DNA from: a virus
DNA: 64,000 bases
IMG/VR virus record: IMGVR_UViG_3300048793_000029
Location: 8,250 to 72,249 of that record
Direction: 5' to 3' (one strand)
Shown: piece after piece, positions 24,701-34,328 of the stretch
Position numbering within the stretch: the first letter of the stretch is position 1
How the letters are laid out: each line of letters begins with the position of its first letter
Made by a program: the position numbers and the translations under genes
The notes under the pieces: model-generated
The model's input: only the letters and a program-made list of their open reading frames with translations
Told to the model about the DNA's origin: nothing
The model's database searches: none

Positions 24701-26404
24701 ATGAAACGCTCTAAGCTCAAAAAAATCCTCCAGGAGACCGTGCGCCAGGAGCGCCGTCGCGGTAAGCGTGTACCGAAGAAGGTCACTGTGGTCGAGGCTA
24801 ATAAGCCGACCAAGCCGCCGTTCAAGGTTCATGACTTCACGCTGGCTCGCGCCAGGGCGCTGAAGAAGACACGCCAGTTGGACAGCAAGCCGCGTATCAA
24901 TCCGTTCGAGCCGTACACCCCACCGCCGGGTGTTGTACCTGCAGGCCATAACTTGGCGATGGACGAGGCGATGTCCAGCGCGCTGACCTGGGCGGCGCAA
25001 GCCACCATCTCCGGCATGTGGTCGGAGGGCTTGACGTTCCTCGGTTACGCATATCTCTCCGAACTCAGCCAGCGCCCCGAATACCGCGTTATCAGTTCGG
25101 TGATCGCCACCGAGATGACCCGCAAGTGGATCAAGCTTGAGGCTTCCGAGGCCGCCGAGGAAGCCGAGGACAAGACCGATAAGATTAAGGAGCTGGAAGA
25201 TTATCTCGACCGGCTCAATGTGCGCGATGTGTTCTACCAACTGGCGGAACAAGACGGCTTCTTCGGTCGCACGCATTTATACCTCGACACCGGCGACACT
25301 GACGATTGGGACGAGTTGGCACAGGACCTTGGCGACGGTCGCAACGACCGCAGCAAGATGAAGGTCAACCCAAAGAAGCCGCTGCAGCGCCTGGCTGTGA
25401 TCGAGCCGATTTGGTGTTACCCTCAGCGCTACAACTCCAACGACCCGCTGCGACCGGACTGGTATAATCCAGAAGTCTGGTTCTGCATGTCCAAGGAGAT
25501 CCACGCCTCGCGGCTACTGACGTTTGTCGGCAACAAGGTGCCGGACATCTTAAAGCCGGCTTACGCCTTTGGCGGCCTGTCGCGCAGCCAGATTGCCAAG
25601 CCCTATGTCGACAACTGGTTGACAACGCGCCAGTCGGTCAACGACCTGATCCACAGCTTCTCGGTGATGGTGCTGATGACCGATATGAGCGCGATGATTA
25701 GCTCCAGCAATGCGGCGCTCGATGGCTCGGACGCGGGCAGCACGACCGGCGATGCCATGTTCAACCGGCTCGACATGTTTAACTCGCTGCGTGACAACCG
25801 CGGCATCTTCGCGCTTAACAAGGACACCGAGGACTTTAAGAACGTTATGACGCCATTGAGTACCTTGGACTCACTGCAGGCGCAGAGCCAGGAGCACATG
25901 GCTTCGGTGTCGCGTATTCCGTTGGTTAAGCTGTTGGGCACCTCGCCTGCTGGGCTCAATGCTTCGAGCGAGGGCGAGATTCGCGCCTTCTACGACACCA
26001 TCCACGCCTTCCAGGAGCAGTTCTTCCGCCCTGGCTTGTCGCGCGTTATTGACTTCTGCCAGCTCAGTCTGTGGGGCGAGGTTGATCCGGCCATCACCAT
26101 CAGGTTCGAGGAGCTGTGGTCGATCGACGCGCTGCAAGAGGCAACCATCCGCAAGATGGATGCCGAGACCGACGACATCCTTGTGAACGGCGTAGGGGCG
26201 GTGGCGCCTGAGGAAGTGCGACAGCGTATCGCGGCTGACGTTGACGCGCCGTATGCCAGCCTTGATGTAGAGGACATGCCGGAGCCGCCCGCGCCTGAGG
26301 TCGATCCCAAAACCGGTGAGCCTTTGAAGGGGCAGAACATAAGCTTGAGGGGCACCACCAAGAAGGGCGAGGGGCCGGCATCACAGAAGGCGGGTAAAGA
26401 TTGA
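24701..26404 (+). CDS. portal protein (DUF1073 type)
   Basis: FLGY.YL.EL.QRPEY, EMTRKWI, IHASRL, RIPLVKLLG.SP.GLNASSEGE; follows terL. Confidence 0.9.
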   Translation: MKRSKLKKILQETVRQERRRGKRVPKKVTVVEANKPTKPPFKVHDFTLARARALKKTRQLDSKPRINPFEPYTPPPGVVPAGHNLAMDEAMSSALTWAAQATISGMWSEGLTFLGYAYLSELSQRPEYRVISSVIATEMTRKWIKLEASEAAEEAEDKTDKIKELEDYLDRLNVRDVFYQLAEQDGFFGRTHLYLDTGDTDDWDELAQDLGDGRNDRSKMKVNPKKPLQRLAVIEPIWCYPQRYNSNDPLRPDWYNPEVWFCMSKEIHASRLLTFVGNKVPDILKPAYAFGGLSRSQIAKPYVDNWLTTRQSVNDLIHSFSVMVLMTDMSAMISSSNAALDGSDAGSTTGDAMFNRLDMFNSLRDNRGIFALNKDTEDFKNVMTPLSTLDSLQAQSQEHMASVSRIPLVKLLGTSPAGLNASSEGEIRAFYDTIHAFQEQFFRPGLSRVIDFCQLSLWGEVDPAITIRFEELWSIDALQEATIRKMDAETDDILVNGVGAVAPEEVRQRIAADVDAPYASLDVEDMPEPPAPEVDPKTGEPLKGQNISLRGTTKKGEGPASQKAGKD

Positions 26405-26589
26405 TGGCAGACGAACACCCGCGCTTGATCCAGCTTCGCGTCAAGAAGGTGTCAACCGCGCATCTGTACTCGAAAGTCAAAGTAGCTAGGCCAAGCCGGC
26501 GGGACTACTTATATTGGGCAGGCTTTGCCGTCGTGTTCGTTGTTGCCATTATAGCTGCAGTCGTGCTCTTCGCCTTGATCCAGTTATGA
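26401..26589 (+). CDS. small membrane protein
   Basis: C-terminal hydrophobic helix. Confidence 0.45.
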   Translation: MMADEHPRLIQLRVKKVSTAHLYSKVKVARPSRRDYLYWAGFAVVFVVAIIAAVVLFALIQL

Positions 26590-26676
26590 TTGTTACCTCC
26601 CGGCGCCTTCGACGACTCCTCAACCACAGGTCAGCCGTAGTGAAGACGAGTGCAGTCGAGCGCCGGGACGGGTTTC

Positions 26677-26760
26677 ATGGCACAGATTATTGGCTACGGT
26701 AGTTTGCTGGTGGTAATGATTGTGCTGTCGATGGTGGTGCTTAGAGTGACGATGGGTTGA
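26677..26760 (+). CDS. 27-aa hydrophobic micropeptide
   Basis: MAQIIGYGSLLVVMIVLSMVVLRVTMG; not in the ORF track. Confidence 0.35.
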   Translation: MAQIIGYGSLLVVMIVLSMVVLRVTMG

Positions 26761-26761
26761 T

Positions 26762-26953
26762 ATGAGCCTTACCACTGTTCATCTAAGAGACGCGCTTGCC
26801 GCCGAAGGGGTCCTGTTCGTAAGGATCACCAGGAGACGTGAGTACCACGATATGTTGCCACCGGTGCCTTGGGTCATTCGCAATAATAATGGCTTGTTGT
26901 CTCTCGCTGCAATAATCGTGATCAGTGCAATAGCTTGTCTGCTGGCGTCCTAA
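26762..26953 (+). CDS. small membrane protein
   Basis: C-terminal hydrophobic helix; TAATG coupling to the next gene. Confidence 0.45.
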   Translation: MSLTTVHLRDALAAEGVLFVRITRRREYHDMLPPVPWVIRNNNGLLSLAAIIVISAIACLLAS

Positions 26954-27771
26954 TGGCCCCTTACATCTACCGCAAGGATCGCGATCGCACTGACAAGGTG
27001 CTACGCCCCGTGCGCCCTAATATTGGCCTCGAGGTAGCCTACCGGCGTCGGCTGGTTGAGCTGATTGAGAAGATGGGCGTCTCAGTCCAGCACTGGATCG
27101 AGCAGCAGTACAAGCGGTTGCGGCCCGAGATGGCGCAAGACGCAACGCCTGCCAGCGAGCTACAGGCCGCCGTCCAGCAGCTGGTGCGCCAGTGGATGTA
27201 CAACTTCGACCAAGCCGCCACTGAGCTGGCCCATTACTTTGCGCAGGACGTCAGCCAGCGCAGCGATGCGGCTCTCTTATCGGCCTTGAGGAAGGGCGGC
27301 TTTGCGGTCGGCTTTACCATGACGCCGGCGATGCGTGACATCATTGACGCCACGGTTCATCAGAATGTCGCGCTGATAAAGTCAATCCCGGCTACATACC
27401 TCAGTCAAGTTGAAGGTATGGTGATGCGGTCGGTCCAGACCGGTCGCGATATTGGCGGACTGGCTAAAGAGCTTCGAGAACAGTTAGGCGTCACTAAGCG
27501 GCGGGCCGCGCTTATAGCGCGTAGCCAGAACAACTTGGCGACTGCTGCCATGCAGCGTGCCAGACAAAAAGAAATGAAGATTACCGAAGCTATTTGGATG
27601 CATTCTCACGGTGGCAAGACGCCGAGGCCAAGCCACGTCAAGAACAACGGTAAGCGGTATAAAATATCTGAAGGCTGGTATGACCCCGATGAGGGGAAAT
27701 TTATCCTGCCTGGCGAATTGATAAACTGCCGTTGCGTGTCGCGTTCGGTCATACCGGGACTTGACATGTGA
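26953..27771 (+). CDS. head morphogenesis protein (Mu gpF / SPP1 gp7 family)
   Basis: NV.LIKSIP, RRA.LIAR.Q, W.HS....PRPSH, PGELINCRC. Confidence 0.9.
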   Translation: MAPYIYRKDRDRTDKVLRPVRPNIGLEVAYRRRLVELIEKMGVSVQHWIEQQYKRLRPEMAQDATPASELQAAVQQLVRQWMYNFDQAATELAHYFAQDVSQRSDAALLSALRKGGFAVGFTMTPAMRDIIDATVHQNVALIKSIPATYLSQVEGMVMRSVQTGRDIGGLAKELREQLGVTKRRAALIARSQNNLATAAMQRARQKEMKITEAIWMHSHGGKTPRPSHVKNNGKRYKISEGWYDPDEGKFILPGELINCRCVSRSVIPGLDM

Positions 27772-28280
27772 CCATCTTCTCTGAACGCCGTCACTTGGCG
27801 CGAGTGCTGTCACACTCAAAGCTGCGTAAGTTCACCGACCCCGAGTTGATACAGTGTGCAGTCGACGGCCTTACGGTCACTGAGACTTGTTACCGACTTG
27901 AAGCGGCCAAGACCACCATCGCCTACCATGCCAAGCGCATAGGGTTGGTGTTTCCGCAGCGTCGTCGTCGGCTATATTTCACCGAGCAGGACGACGAACT
28001 TATCCGCAAGTGTGCTCGCGGCGAAATAGGGCTGTCCAAGGTTGCTGGTGCTACCAACTGTTCGTTCAGCTCGGTCAGGCTTCGCGCTCTTACCATTGGC
28101 GCGCCGATACCATTCAAGAAGCGGCTGCGGAAGAAAGACCCAAAAATCTATGCCATGCGCGACTATGACTTGGGCCATCAGATATCAGTTGGCAAGGACA
28201 AGTTGCTGATCATGCTACGACGCATCCATGTTACCCCGCGTGATGAGGTCTACCCTGGCAGCGTCAAGGTAAAAGAATGA
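27768..28280 (+). CDS. hypothetical protein with tandem HTH-like segments
   Basis: GTGA overlap; two helix-turn-helix-like stretches each ending A.xIG. Confidence 0.5.
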   Translation: MTIFSERRHLARVLSHSKLRKFTDPELIQCAVDGLTVTETCYRLEAAKTTIAYHAKRIGLVFPQRRRRLYFTEQDDELIRKCARGEIGLSKVAGATNCSFSSVRLRALTIGAPIPFKKRLRKKDPKIYAMRDYDLGHQISVGKDKLLIMLRRIHVTPRDEVYPGSVKVKE

Positions 28281-29512
28281 CGACCACGTCCCAGATTATT
28301 CGGCAGTGTGAGTCGTTGCTGGCCCAATGCGTCATCGCGGCCAACGAGGCGGCAGCCGCGGCAGCTTCTCTGGCTGGTTCAGCTCCACTAAACTCTCCTA
28401 ATTTCACCGGACTGCCGACGGCACCGACGCCGGCGCAGAATAGTAACTCGGCGTTGTTGGCGACCACTGCCTACTTCGATCGGCTGCTGGGCACCTCCAA
28501 TGGCGTGGCGACGCTTGACGCCACCGGGCGTATTCCAACCGCTGAGCTGCCATCGTCGGTGCTTGGCGGTTTGAGTTATCTCGGTGTTTGGAATGGTAGT
28601 ACTAACTCGCCACATCTTGCCTCTGGCAGCGGTATCAGCGGCAATTTCTACATCTGCAACGTCGCCGGCACTGCTACAGTTTCTGGCGTCTCCACCTGGA
28701 GCGTCGGCGATTGGATTGTCTACAGTGGTGGCTCCGACAATACTTGGCACCGTGTTTCGCCAACCTATACGACCGTCACTGGCATCACGCTGAGCAACCT
28801 GGCGGTTCAGGCCGGCAGCACGTTGGTCGGCAACAACGGCACTGGGGCGGCGTCGCCCACGGCCATCCCTATCAGTACCATCACGTCCGCGGTGCCGGAC
28901 ATGGTGGGGGCATCCGGGACCGCAGTCGGCGTCAGGGGTTTGGTACCGGCACCGGCCGCAGGTGACGGCACCGACCCGAAGTATTTAACGGCGCGCGGTA
29001 CTTGGGATGATGCCCCGACCCCCGACTTGTCAGCTTATGCGCTGTTGGCGGGGCCGGCGTTCAGCGGCACGCCGACTACCGCAACGGTGGCGCGTGACAC
29101 TAACTCGACGGCGATTGCTACCGCGCAGTTCGTCCTCGCCCAGCTTGCCGCTACTGAGACGCCGGTAGTTGATGGTACAGCATCGGCTGGGACCTCAACC
29201 CACGGCGCCCGCATCGATCACATCCATCCTACCGACACGTCAAGAGCTGCTGCGGCAGCCTTGGCTGCTTACGCGCCGATACCGACGAACGGTACTATGC
29301 CAGTTGGATGGTCCGGTCCGGTGCTGTTAAGTGGTGTTAGCTTCGTTTCTGATGAGGCAACGGTAGCTGGATCAGCATTAAATTTGTGCAACTTTAATTT
29401 GGCTACCACCACTGTAAATGGCGCTGGCACCCCACAAAGTGGCACTTGGAGAAATATTACTGGAAACCAAGTTCCCCAATATTATATAGGTCTTTTTGTT
29501 AGAATAGCTTAA
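28277..29512 (+). CDS. fibre protein (tail- or head-fibre-like)
   Basis: Two SP.FTG.PTAPT...NS...ATTA.F fibre repeats; NGVATLDA.G.IP; C-terminal GTWRN...LFVRIA. Confidence 0.75.
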   Translation: MTTTSQIIRQCESLLAQCVIAANEAAAAAASLAGSAPLNSPNFTGLPTAPTPAQNSNSALLATTAYFDRLLGTSNGVATLDATGRIPTAELPSSVLGGLSYLGVWNGSTNSPHLASGSGISGNFYICNVAGTATVSGVSTWSVGDWIVYSGGSDNTWHRVSPTYTTVTGITLSNLAVQAGSTLVGNNGTGAASPTAIPISTITSAVPDMVGASGTAVGVRGLVPAPAAGDGTDPKYLTARGTWDDAPTPDLSAYALLAGPAFSGTPTTATVARDTNSTAIATAQFVLAQLAATETPVVDGTASAGTSTHGARIDHIHPTDTSRAAAAALAAYAPIPTNGTMPVGWSGPVLLSGVSFVSDEATVAGSALNLCNFNLATTTVNGAGTPQSGTWRNITGNQVPQYYIGLFVRIA

Positions 29513-29524
29513 ACGGAAAAACAA

Positions 29525-29971
29525 ATGACACTGGCATACACAACGGTCGCTGATTGCCAATGGGCTGACGCTGCTCATACTATGATTAATTGCCAAGTAA
29601 CGTTTGATACATTAGGGACTGTGCCATTTACAGCAACTGCTACAGATTACGAAGCACATGGCGCTGAAATTTTCAACAGAGCAGTTGCTGGCGACTTTGG
29701 CGCAATTGCTGCTTATGTGGCACCACCCGCGCCGATTCCAAGTTGTCAGCTCTGGCAGTTGCAGTCGGTTATGACACCGACGCAGTGGACCGCGGCACAA
29801 GCTGCGGTTGCTGCGCTCAACAATTCGGCGGTGTCGGCGTTCTTCGCGCACGGCACCAATGTAATTCCAGCCAACTCAACGACGCTACTCGCGCTCGGTG
29901 AGGCTATAGGCTTAACGGCAGATCAGATCACGGCGCTAGTCACAGCTGCGGCGCTTGTTTCAATACCGTGA
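29525..29971 (+). CDS. tail fibre assembly chaperone-like protein
   Basis: W.D..HT.I.C.V.F...G.VPFTA...D.E.HG.EIF.RA..G.FG.IA.Y. Confidence 0.75.
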   Translation: MTLAYTTVADCQWADAAHTMINCQVTFDTLGTVPFTATATDYEAHGAEIFNRAVAGDFGAIAAYVAPPAPIPSCQLWQLQSVMTPTQWTAAQAAVAALNNSAVSAFFAHGTNVIPANSTTLLALGEAIGLTADQITALVTAAALVSIP

Positions 29972-30168
29972 CCGTAATCTGGCTGATTTGGATTGGTTGC
30001 TTCGTTGTAAGCCTCGGCGCGCTGGAAGCGGTCAGCTATTATCGCAACGGCACAGCGGGCACGCTGTCCGATCACGTCCGCAAGTGGACGCGTCAGTGGC
30101 CAATCATTCCGTTCTGGTTTGGTGTACTGGTTGGTGTTCTGTCTATGCACTTCTGGGCTCATGCATGA
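29968..30168 (+). CDS. small membrane protein
   Basis: Two hydrophobic helices; GTGA overlap. Confidence 0.55.
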   Translation: MTVIWLIWIGCFVVSLGALEAVSYYRNGTAGTLSDHVRKWTRQWPIIPFWFGVLVGVLSMHFWAHA

Positions 30169-30184
30169 TGAGGAAAATGCGGCA

Positions 30185-30757
30185 ATGAAAAAGATAATTA
30201 CTGCCATCGTGCTAGCTTGTGCTTGGCTGTTGGCGCCGCTGCCGGCTAATGCTGTCGTTGTAGTGTCATCCTGCTCATCGATAACGGCGGTGACGGGCTT
30301 CAGCGGTGACTTGTATATTGATACGTCAGGTAAGCTGTGTATCAATGCAAGTACCACTTCGTTGCCCCCCAACGCCGCCCAGGAAACCGGCGGCAATCTC
30401 GCGGCGATCTTGTCGGCTATTCAATCACCGCTTGCTGGTGTTTCCGAATCGCATAGCGCAGCGGCGGAATCATCGCGGGTTGCCAAAAACTCCGCTGGTA
30501 ACGTAATCAGCATATCCGGCTCTGCCGCTGCCGGTTCCTACATCATGCTTTTCGATCTTACTGCCGCACCTAGCAATGGTGGTGTGACACCGAAGAAATG
30601 CTGGGGACCGATGGCATCGAGTGGACCGTTTTCGTTTTCATGGGGTGTCGGGCCAACCCTTACGATGGCGACCGGGATAACGGTCGTCTCTAGCTCAACC
30701 GGCTGCTTCACGCAGACATTAACCAACGCCAACTTCATCAGCGTGGAGTATCAGTAA
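30185..30757 (+). CDS. exported protein (signal peptide, 4 Cys)
   Basis: MKKIITAIVLACAWLLAPLPANA| signal peptide. Confidence 0.75.
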   Translation: MKKIITAIVLACAWLLAPLPANAVVVVSSCSSITAVTGFSGDLYIDTSGKLCINASTTSLPPNAAQETGGNLAAILSAIQSPLAGVSESHSAAAESSRVAKNSAGNVISISGSAAAGSYIMLFDLTAAPSNGGVTPKKCWGPMASSGPFSFSWGVGPTLTMATGITVVSSSTGCFTQTLTNANFISVEYQ

Positions 30758-31602
30758 TGAAAAAGATTTTAGCTCTTATCGCTGGGCTGCTGCTTGTTTC
30801 GGCTGCTTACGCGCAGAACTCATCCTCCACTCCTAAATATGCGCCGAATAGCGTTGTCTTTACTTACAACGATGGCGTTCATTGTACTAATTCTGTTTGT
30901 ACCTTTCCTATTCCGGCCAACGTCAGTATTATTTATATCGATGGCGTTGGCGCTGGCGGCCCTGGCGGTGGCGGTCAGGTTACTTCCGGCGCTGGTGGAG
31001 GTGGTGGTGGCTCAGGCGAAGAGGTTACTGGACTCCCGCTGCCGGTAACTCCTGGGGCAACTCTCACTATCACCATCCCAGTAACAACGTCAGGAGGTGC
31101 TATTGCTGGTGTTGGCACAGACCCGGCTGCGCTCACCATAACTTCATCCCCAAGTCTAGCCGTTCCTTTTCCATCACTCGGTGCTGGCATCCACGGATTA
31201 GCCGGGGCTGCTACTGTTGGCGGGACTGGCGGCGCGGGCGGTGGCCCTGGCGGTGTCGCTGGCGGCGCTGCAAACGTAGCTGGTGGCAATGCATCTAATA
31301 CCGGACGGTCAACTTATTACAAGACAGGAAACGGCGGCGGCGGCGGCGGCAGCACAGCATCAACTCCAGGCTTTGGCGGAACCTCTGGCGCTTACATTAC
31401 ACTCGGCGCTGGGGCATTAGGAAATGCTGGCGGCGGCCTAGGAGGCAATGCTCAATTTGGTCCCGGCGGCGCAGGCGGCGGCGGCACTACTCCCTCGGTA
31501 GGCTTGGCTCCCGCAAGCGGGTTCGGCGGTGGCGGTGGTGGTGGTGGCCAGAATAATGCTGGCGGGGCCGGAGGTCCGGCTTTTGTCCAGATCAGGTATT
31601 AA
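30757..31602 (+). CDS. exported glycine-rich fibre-type protein
   Basis: MKKILALIAGLLLVSAAYA| followed by a phage Gly-rich domain (F.IP..V..I.I..VGAGG.GG...VTPG...V.IRY). Confidence 0.8.
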   Translation: MKKILALIAGLLLVSAAYAQNSSSTPKYAPNSVVFTYNDGVHCTNSVCTFPIPANVSIIYIDGVGAGGPGGGGQVTSGAGGGGGGSGEEVTGLPLPVTPGATLTITIPVTTSGGAIAGVGTDPAALTITSSPSLAVPFPSLGAGIHGLAGAATVGGTGGAGGGPGGVAGGAANVAGGNASNTGRSTYYKTGNGGGGGGSTASTPGFGGTSGAYITLGAGALGNAGGGLGGNAQFGPGGAGGGGTTPSVGLAPASGFGGGGGGGGQNNAGGAGGPAFVQIRY

Positions 31603-31604
31603 GC

Positions 31605-32972
31605 ATGATCTGGCGCGTTCTAATTATCTTGCTCTGTGCCGGTATTGTTTCCGGTTGGCGAGTTGGCAGCAATCTTTCCGTTGCTACGTTCTCGCCCGAC
31701 GCGACTTCGTTTCTTAATCCTGAACGCGGTTGGTATGGCGACATAGGGGACGGCAGTACGCCATGCACCGCAGCGACTAATTTTTCCAGTTATCGTGGCA
31801 ACAACAAGGGAATGTCTCGCGTCTATGTTCGATTGGACGCTTATGTTTCTAGCCCGTTGCCTCAATCAATTCTGGATAACCTGACCGGCTGCTTTGCCCA
31901 AATCAGGTCAGCCGGAATTAAAGTTGAACCTAGATTTACTTATAATTTCGGCGGCGGTGCGCCGTGTACCGACGCAACGCTAACGCAGATATTGGCTCAC
32001 ATAGCCCAGCTCACTCCGGTGTTGCAGGCCAACATCGACGTGATTGCGTTTCTTCACGCCGGGTTCATTGGCTGTTGGGGCCAGTGGTGGGGATCAGCAA
32101 ATACCCTGAATACGAACCAAAGCGCAACGCAGCAAATTCTCGCCGCCGAATTGGCGATTGATCCTAATTTAGTGGTGATGATCCCATATCCAGACAGCGT
32201 GCGATATGCTCTCGGTGCAGCAAACATTCAAACGCGCGTCGGCATCGCTAATGATTGTTTTCAATCAACCAACAACTCAGATGACGATGAATTTGGCAGA
32301 TTGAACGGTGTTGACCAAACCGGCCAGCCTGGATATGCCGCGCAAATAACAACTGACCGCACCTACATGCAAACGCTCGGCGGCATTACAAACGCCAACG
32401 GCGGCGAGGGTCAGCCGAGTTGCCCTTATACGGCGGTCTATAGCGATTGCGCTGCGTCCATTGCGGCAATGCAGACCTATTCAATTTCATACTTTGCTGT
32501 TTTTGCATCGTTACATCCTTCGACATGGGCGTCTGATTCTGGAAATTGTGCCGCTACGATGCAAGATTCGATGGGCTACCGCCTAGAATTGCAGCGCGTG
32601 CAATATCCAGCCAGCATAAGCAAAGGCAGCCTATTCAGTTTCAATCTTGCGCTGGTCAATCGAGGCTACGCAGGCCCGATCAATCAGCACCCGATCAATG
32701 CGGTGCTGTCGGACGGCACGCATACTTATGTGCTGTCATCGTCAATCGACTGGCGGACGTGGCGTCCTGGATCGGGAATATCCGCATGGGGCCAAGCGAC
32801 GGTGCCGAGCGGTGCCGTGTCCGGCACCTACTCGCTCTATCTATGGATACCGGACAGCCACGCCAGTCTGCAAAGTAATCCACTCTATGACGTTCGCCTC
32901 GCCAACTCAGGCGTATGGGACGGAACCACCGGCTACAACAAGATTTGCGATACCTGCGTGACGGTGCATTGA
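31605..32972 (+). CDS. exported DUF4874/DUF4832 glycoside-hydrolase-like protein
   Basis: NPERGW, RF.Y, AGFIG.WG.W, NDCF, GGE, MGYRL motifs; hydrophobic N-terminus. Confidence 0.78.
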   Translation: MIWRVLIILLCAGIVSGWRVGSNLSVATFSPDATSFLNPERGWYGDIGDGSTPCTAATNFSSYRGNNKGMSRVYVRLDAYVSSPLPQSILDNLTGCFAQIRSAGIKVEPRFTYNFGGGAPCTDATLTQILAHIAQLTPVLQANIDVIAFLHAGFIGCWGQWWGSANTLNTNQSATQQILAAELAIDPNLVVMIPYPDSVRYALGAANIQTRVGIANDCFQSTNNSDDDEFGRLNGVDQTGQPGYAAQITTDRTYMQTLGGITNANGGEGQPSCPYTAVYSDCAASIAAMQTYSISYFAVFASLHPSTWASDSGNCAATMQDSMGYRLELQRVQYPASISKGSLFSFNLALVNRGYAGPINQHPINAVLSDGTHTYVLSSSIDWRTWRPGSGISAWGQATVPSGAVSGTYSLYLWIPDSHASLQSNPLYDVRLANSGVWDGTTGYNKICDTCVTVH

Positions 32973-34021
32973 TGAAAAACATCCTGCCGACATGGAAACT
33001 CTTTCTCACCGCAGGAAGCTTTCTGTTCTTCCTTGGAGCGTTTCAATCCAGCACCATCGCGTGGGTACATGGTGGCGTAAGCTACTTTTTTCCAAATGGG
33101 ATCGCAGTCACACAAAATAGTTCTTCTGGTGTCAACTATGGAGCAGGTACTGAAAACGGGTCAACAAACTCATTTATTTGGTCGGCATTAAGCACCTATA
33201 CGAGTGGCAGCACGCTGCAAAATCCCGCGACCGGCATATGCTCAGACGTGACAATATGTTTTGTCGATGCCTATGCGGTAGGGCGCGATACGGTTGACGC
33301 GAGCGCGGCATCCAATGGTTTCTTCGGTCATTTCTTTTCTCTCAATTCCGGCGGTACGGGCACTAAGGGTGGCCACCACGCGGCGCTGTTTCAGTTTCAG
33401 CTTGTTGGCGCGCCGGATGATACAAACCAATTTTATTCGGCAGTAAATACAATTTCGCAGGCTTCCGTTAGCGCAGGCGGAACGTCTGGTGCTGGCAATG
33501 GGCTTGGGCATCTTTACGGGACAAATCCTTACGCGAGGCTTACATCAGGTGCGACAAATTGGGGTCAGCTTGTCGGCACAGAAATAAATACAAGCGTTCA
33601 TACTGGCGCATCGGTCGATCAGGTGATCGGCCAACAGATTGTCCAAGACACCCTCGATGTTGTTTCTGGCAATCAGGTTGATATCGGAATTTCTCTCAAC
33701 AACCAAGCGATCAAGGCTTCGGTAGCCGGTTGGGATATTCTCTTTGCTGACGGTTCTTATCCCGGTTATTCGTCGCTGAAAACCACCGGCACTATTTTCA
33801 AATGTTATCTGCACGCCAACAGCGGTAACTGCGGAACAATCGCGAACGGTTTCGATATGACGAACTACACTTTAACCGGCGCACCAATCCTAGCTCCGCT
33901 TAAAACTCCGTCCAGTTCGTCTGATACCTGCACCCAAGGCGCGCAGGAATGGGATGCCAGTTACGTCTATATCTGCACAGCGACGAATACATGGAAGCGC
34001 GCGGCGCTGAGTACATTCTAG
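32972..34021 (+). CDS. exported fibre-type protein
   Basis: Signal-peptide-like N-terminus; C-terminal P.SSS.T...G...WD..Y.YIC.ATNTWKR.AL motif typical of phage fibre proteins. Confidence 0.72.
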   Translation: MKNILPTWKLFLTAGSFLFFLGAFQSSTIAWVHGGVSYFFPNGIAVTQNSSSGVNYGAGTENGSTNSFIWSALSTYTSGSTLQNPATGICSDVTICFVDAYAVGRDTVDASAASNGFFGHFFSLNSGGTGTKGGHHAALFQFQLVGAPDDTNQFYSAVNTISQASVSAGGTSGAGNGLGHLYGTNPYARLTSGATNWGQLVGTEINTSVHTGASVDQVIGQQIVQDTLDVVSGNQVDIGISLNNQAIKASVAGWDILFADGSYPGYSSLKTTGTIFKCYLHANSGNCGTIANGFDMTNYTLTGAPILAPLKTPSSSSDTCTQGAQEWDASYVYICTATNTWKRAALSTF

Positions 34022-34064
34022 GCATCCCGCTGATCGACCCGAACAGGAAGCCGCCGGAGATTAA

Positions 34065-34262
34065 GTGACCCACCTCGTTAACATGTTGATCGATCCCGGC
34101 GGCTACTTCTTGGCCGAGTCGGTCACTGTCGGTACCTCGCCTGAGGAGATCGAGGAGATCCGCCTCGGCAAGGTGGAAGAAGACCGTATGCACGTCATCA
34201 ACGACAATTTGCGCTTCGCGGCCCAGTTATTATGTGCCGCCGCGCCGATGGGGAACTGCTGA
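34065..34262 (+). CDS. hypothetical protein
   Basis: GGAG RBS; 65 aa. Confidence 0.45.
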   Translation: MTHLVNMLIDPGGYFLAESVTVGTSPEEIEEIRLGKVEEDRMHVINDNLRFAAQLLCAAAPMGNC

Positions 34263-34328
34263 TGCATGAGCTACAGCTTTCCGCTGCACCCGCGGCGCTA
34301 TGACCGTGTCGGGTCGAGAGAAAAACTA

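Noticed and set aside
30897-31298. Arg/Trp-rich ORF resembling an antimicrobial peptide
   Set aside because: Frame-shifted reading of the GGC/GGT glycine codons of 30757-31602.
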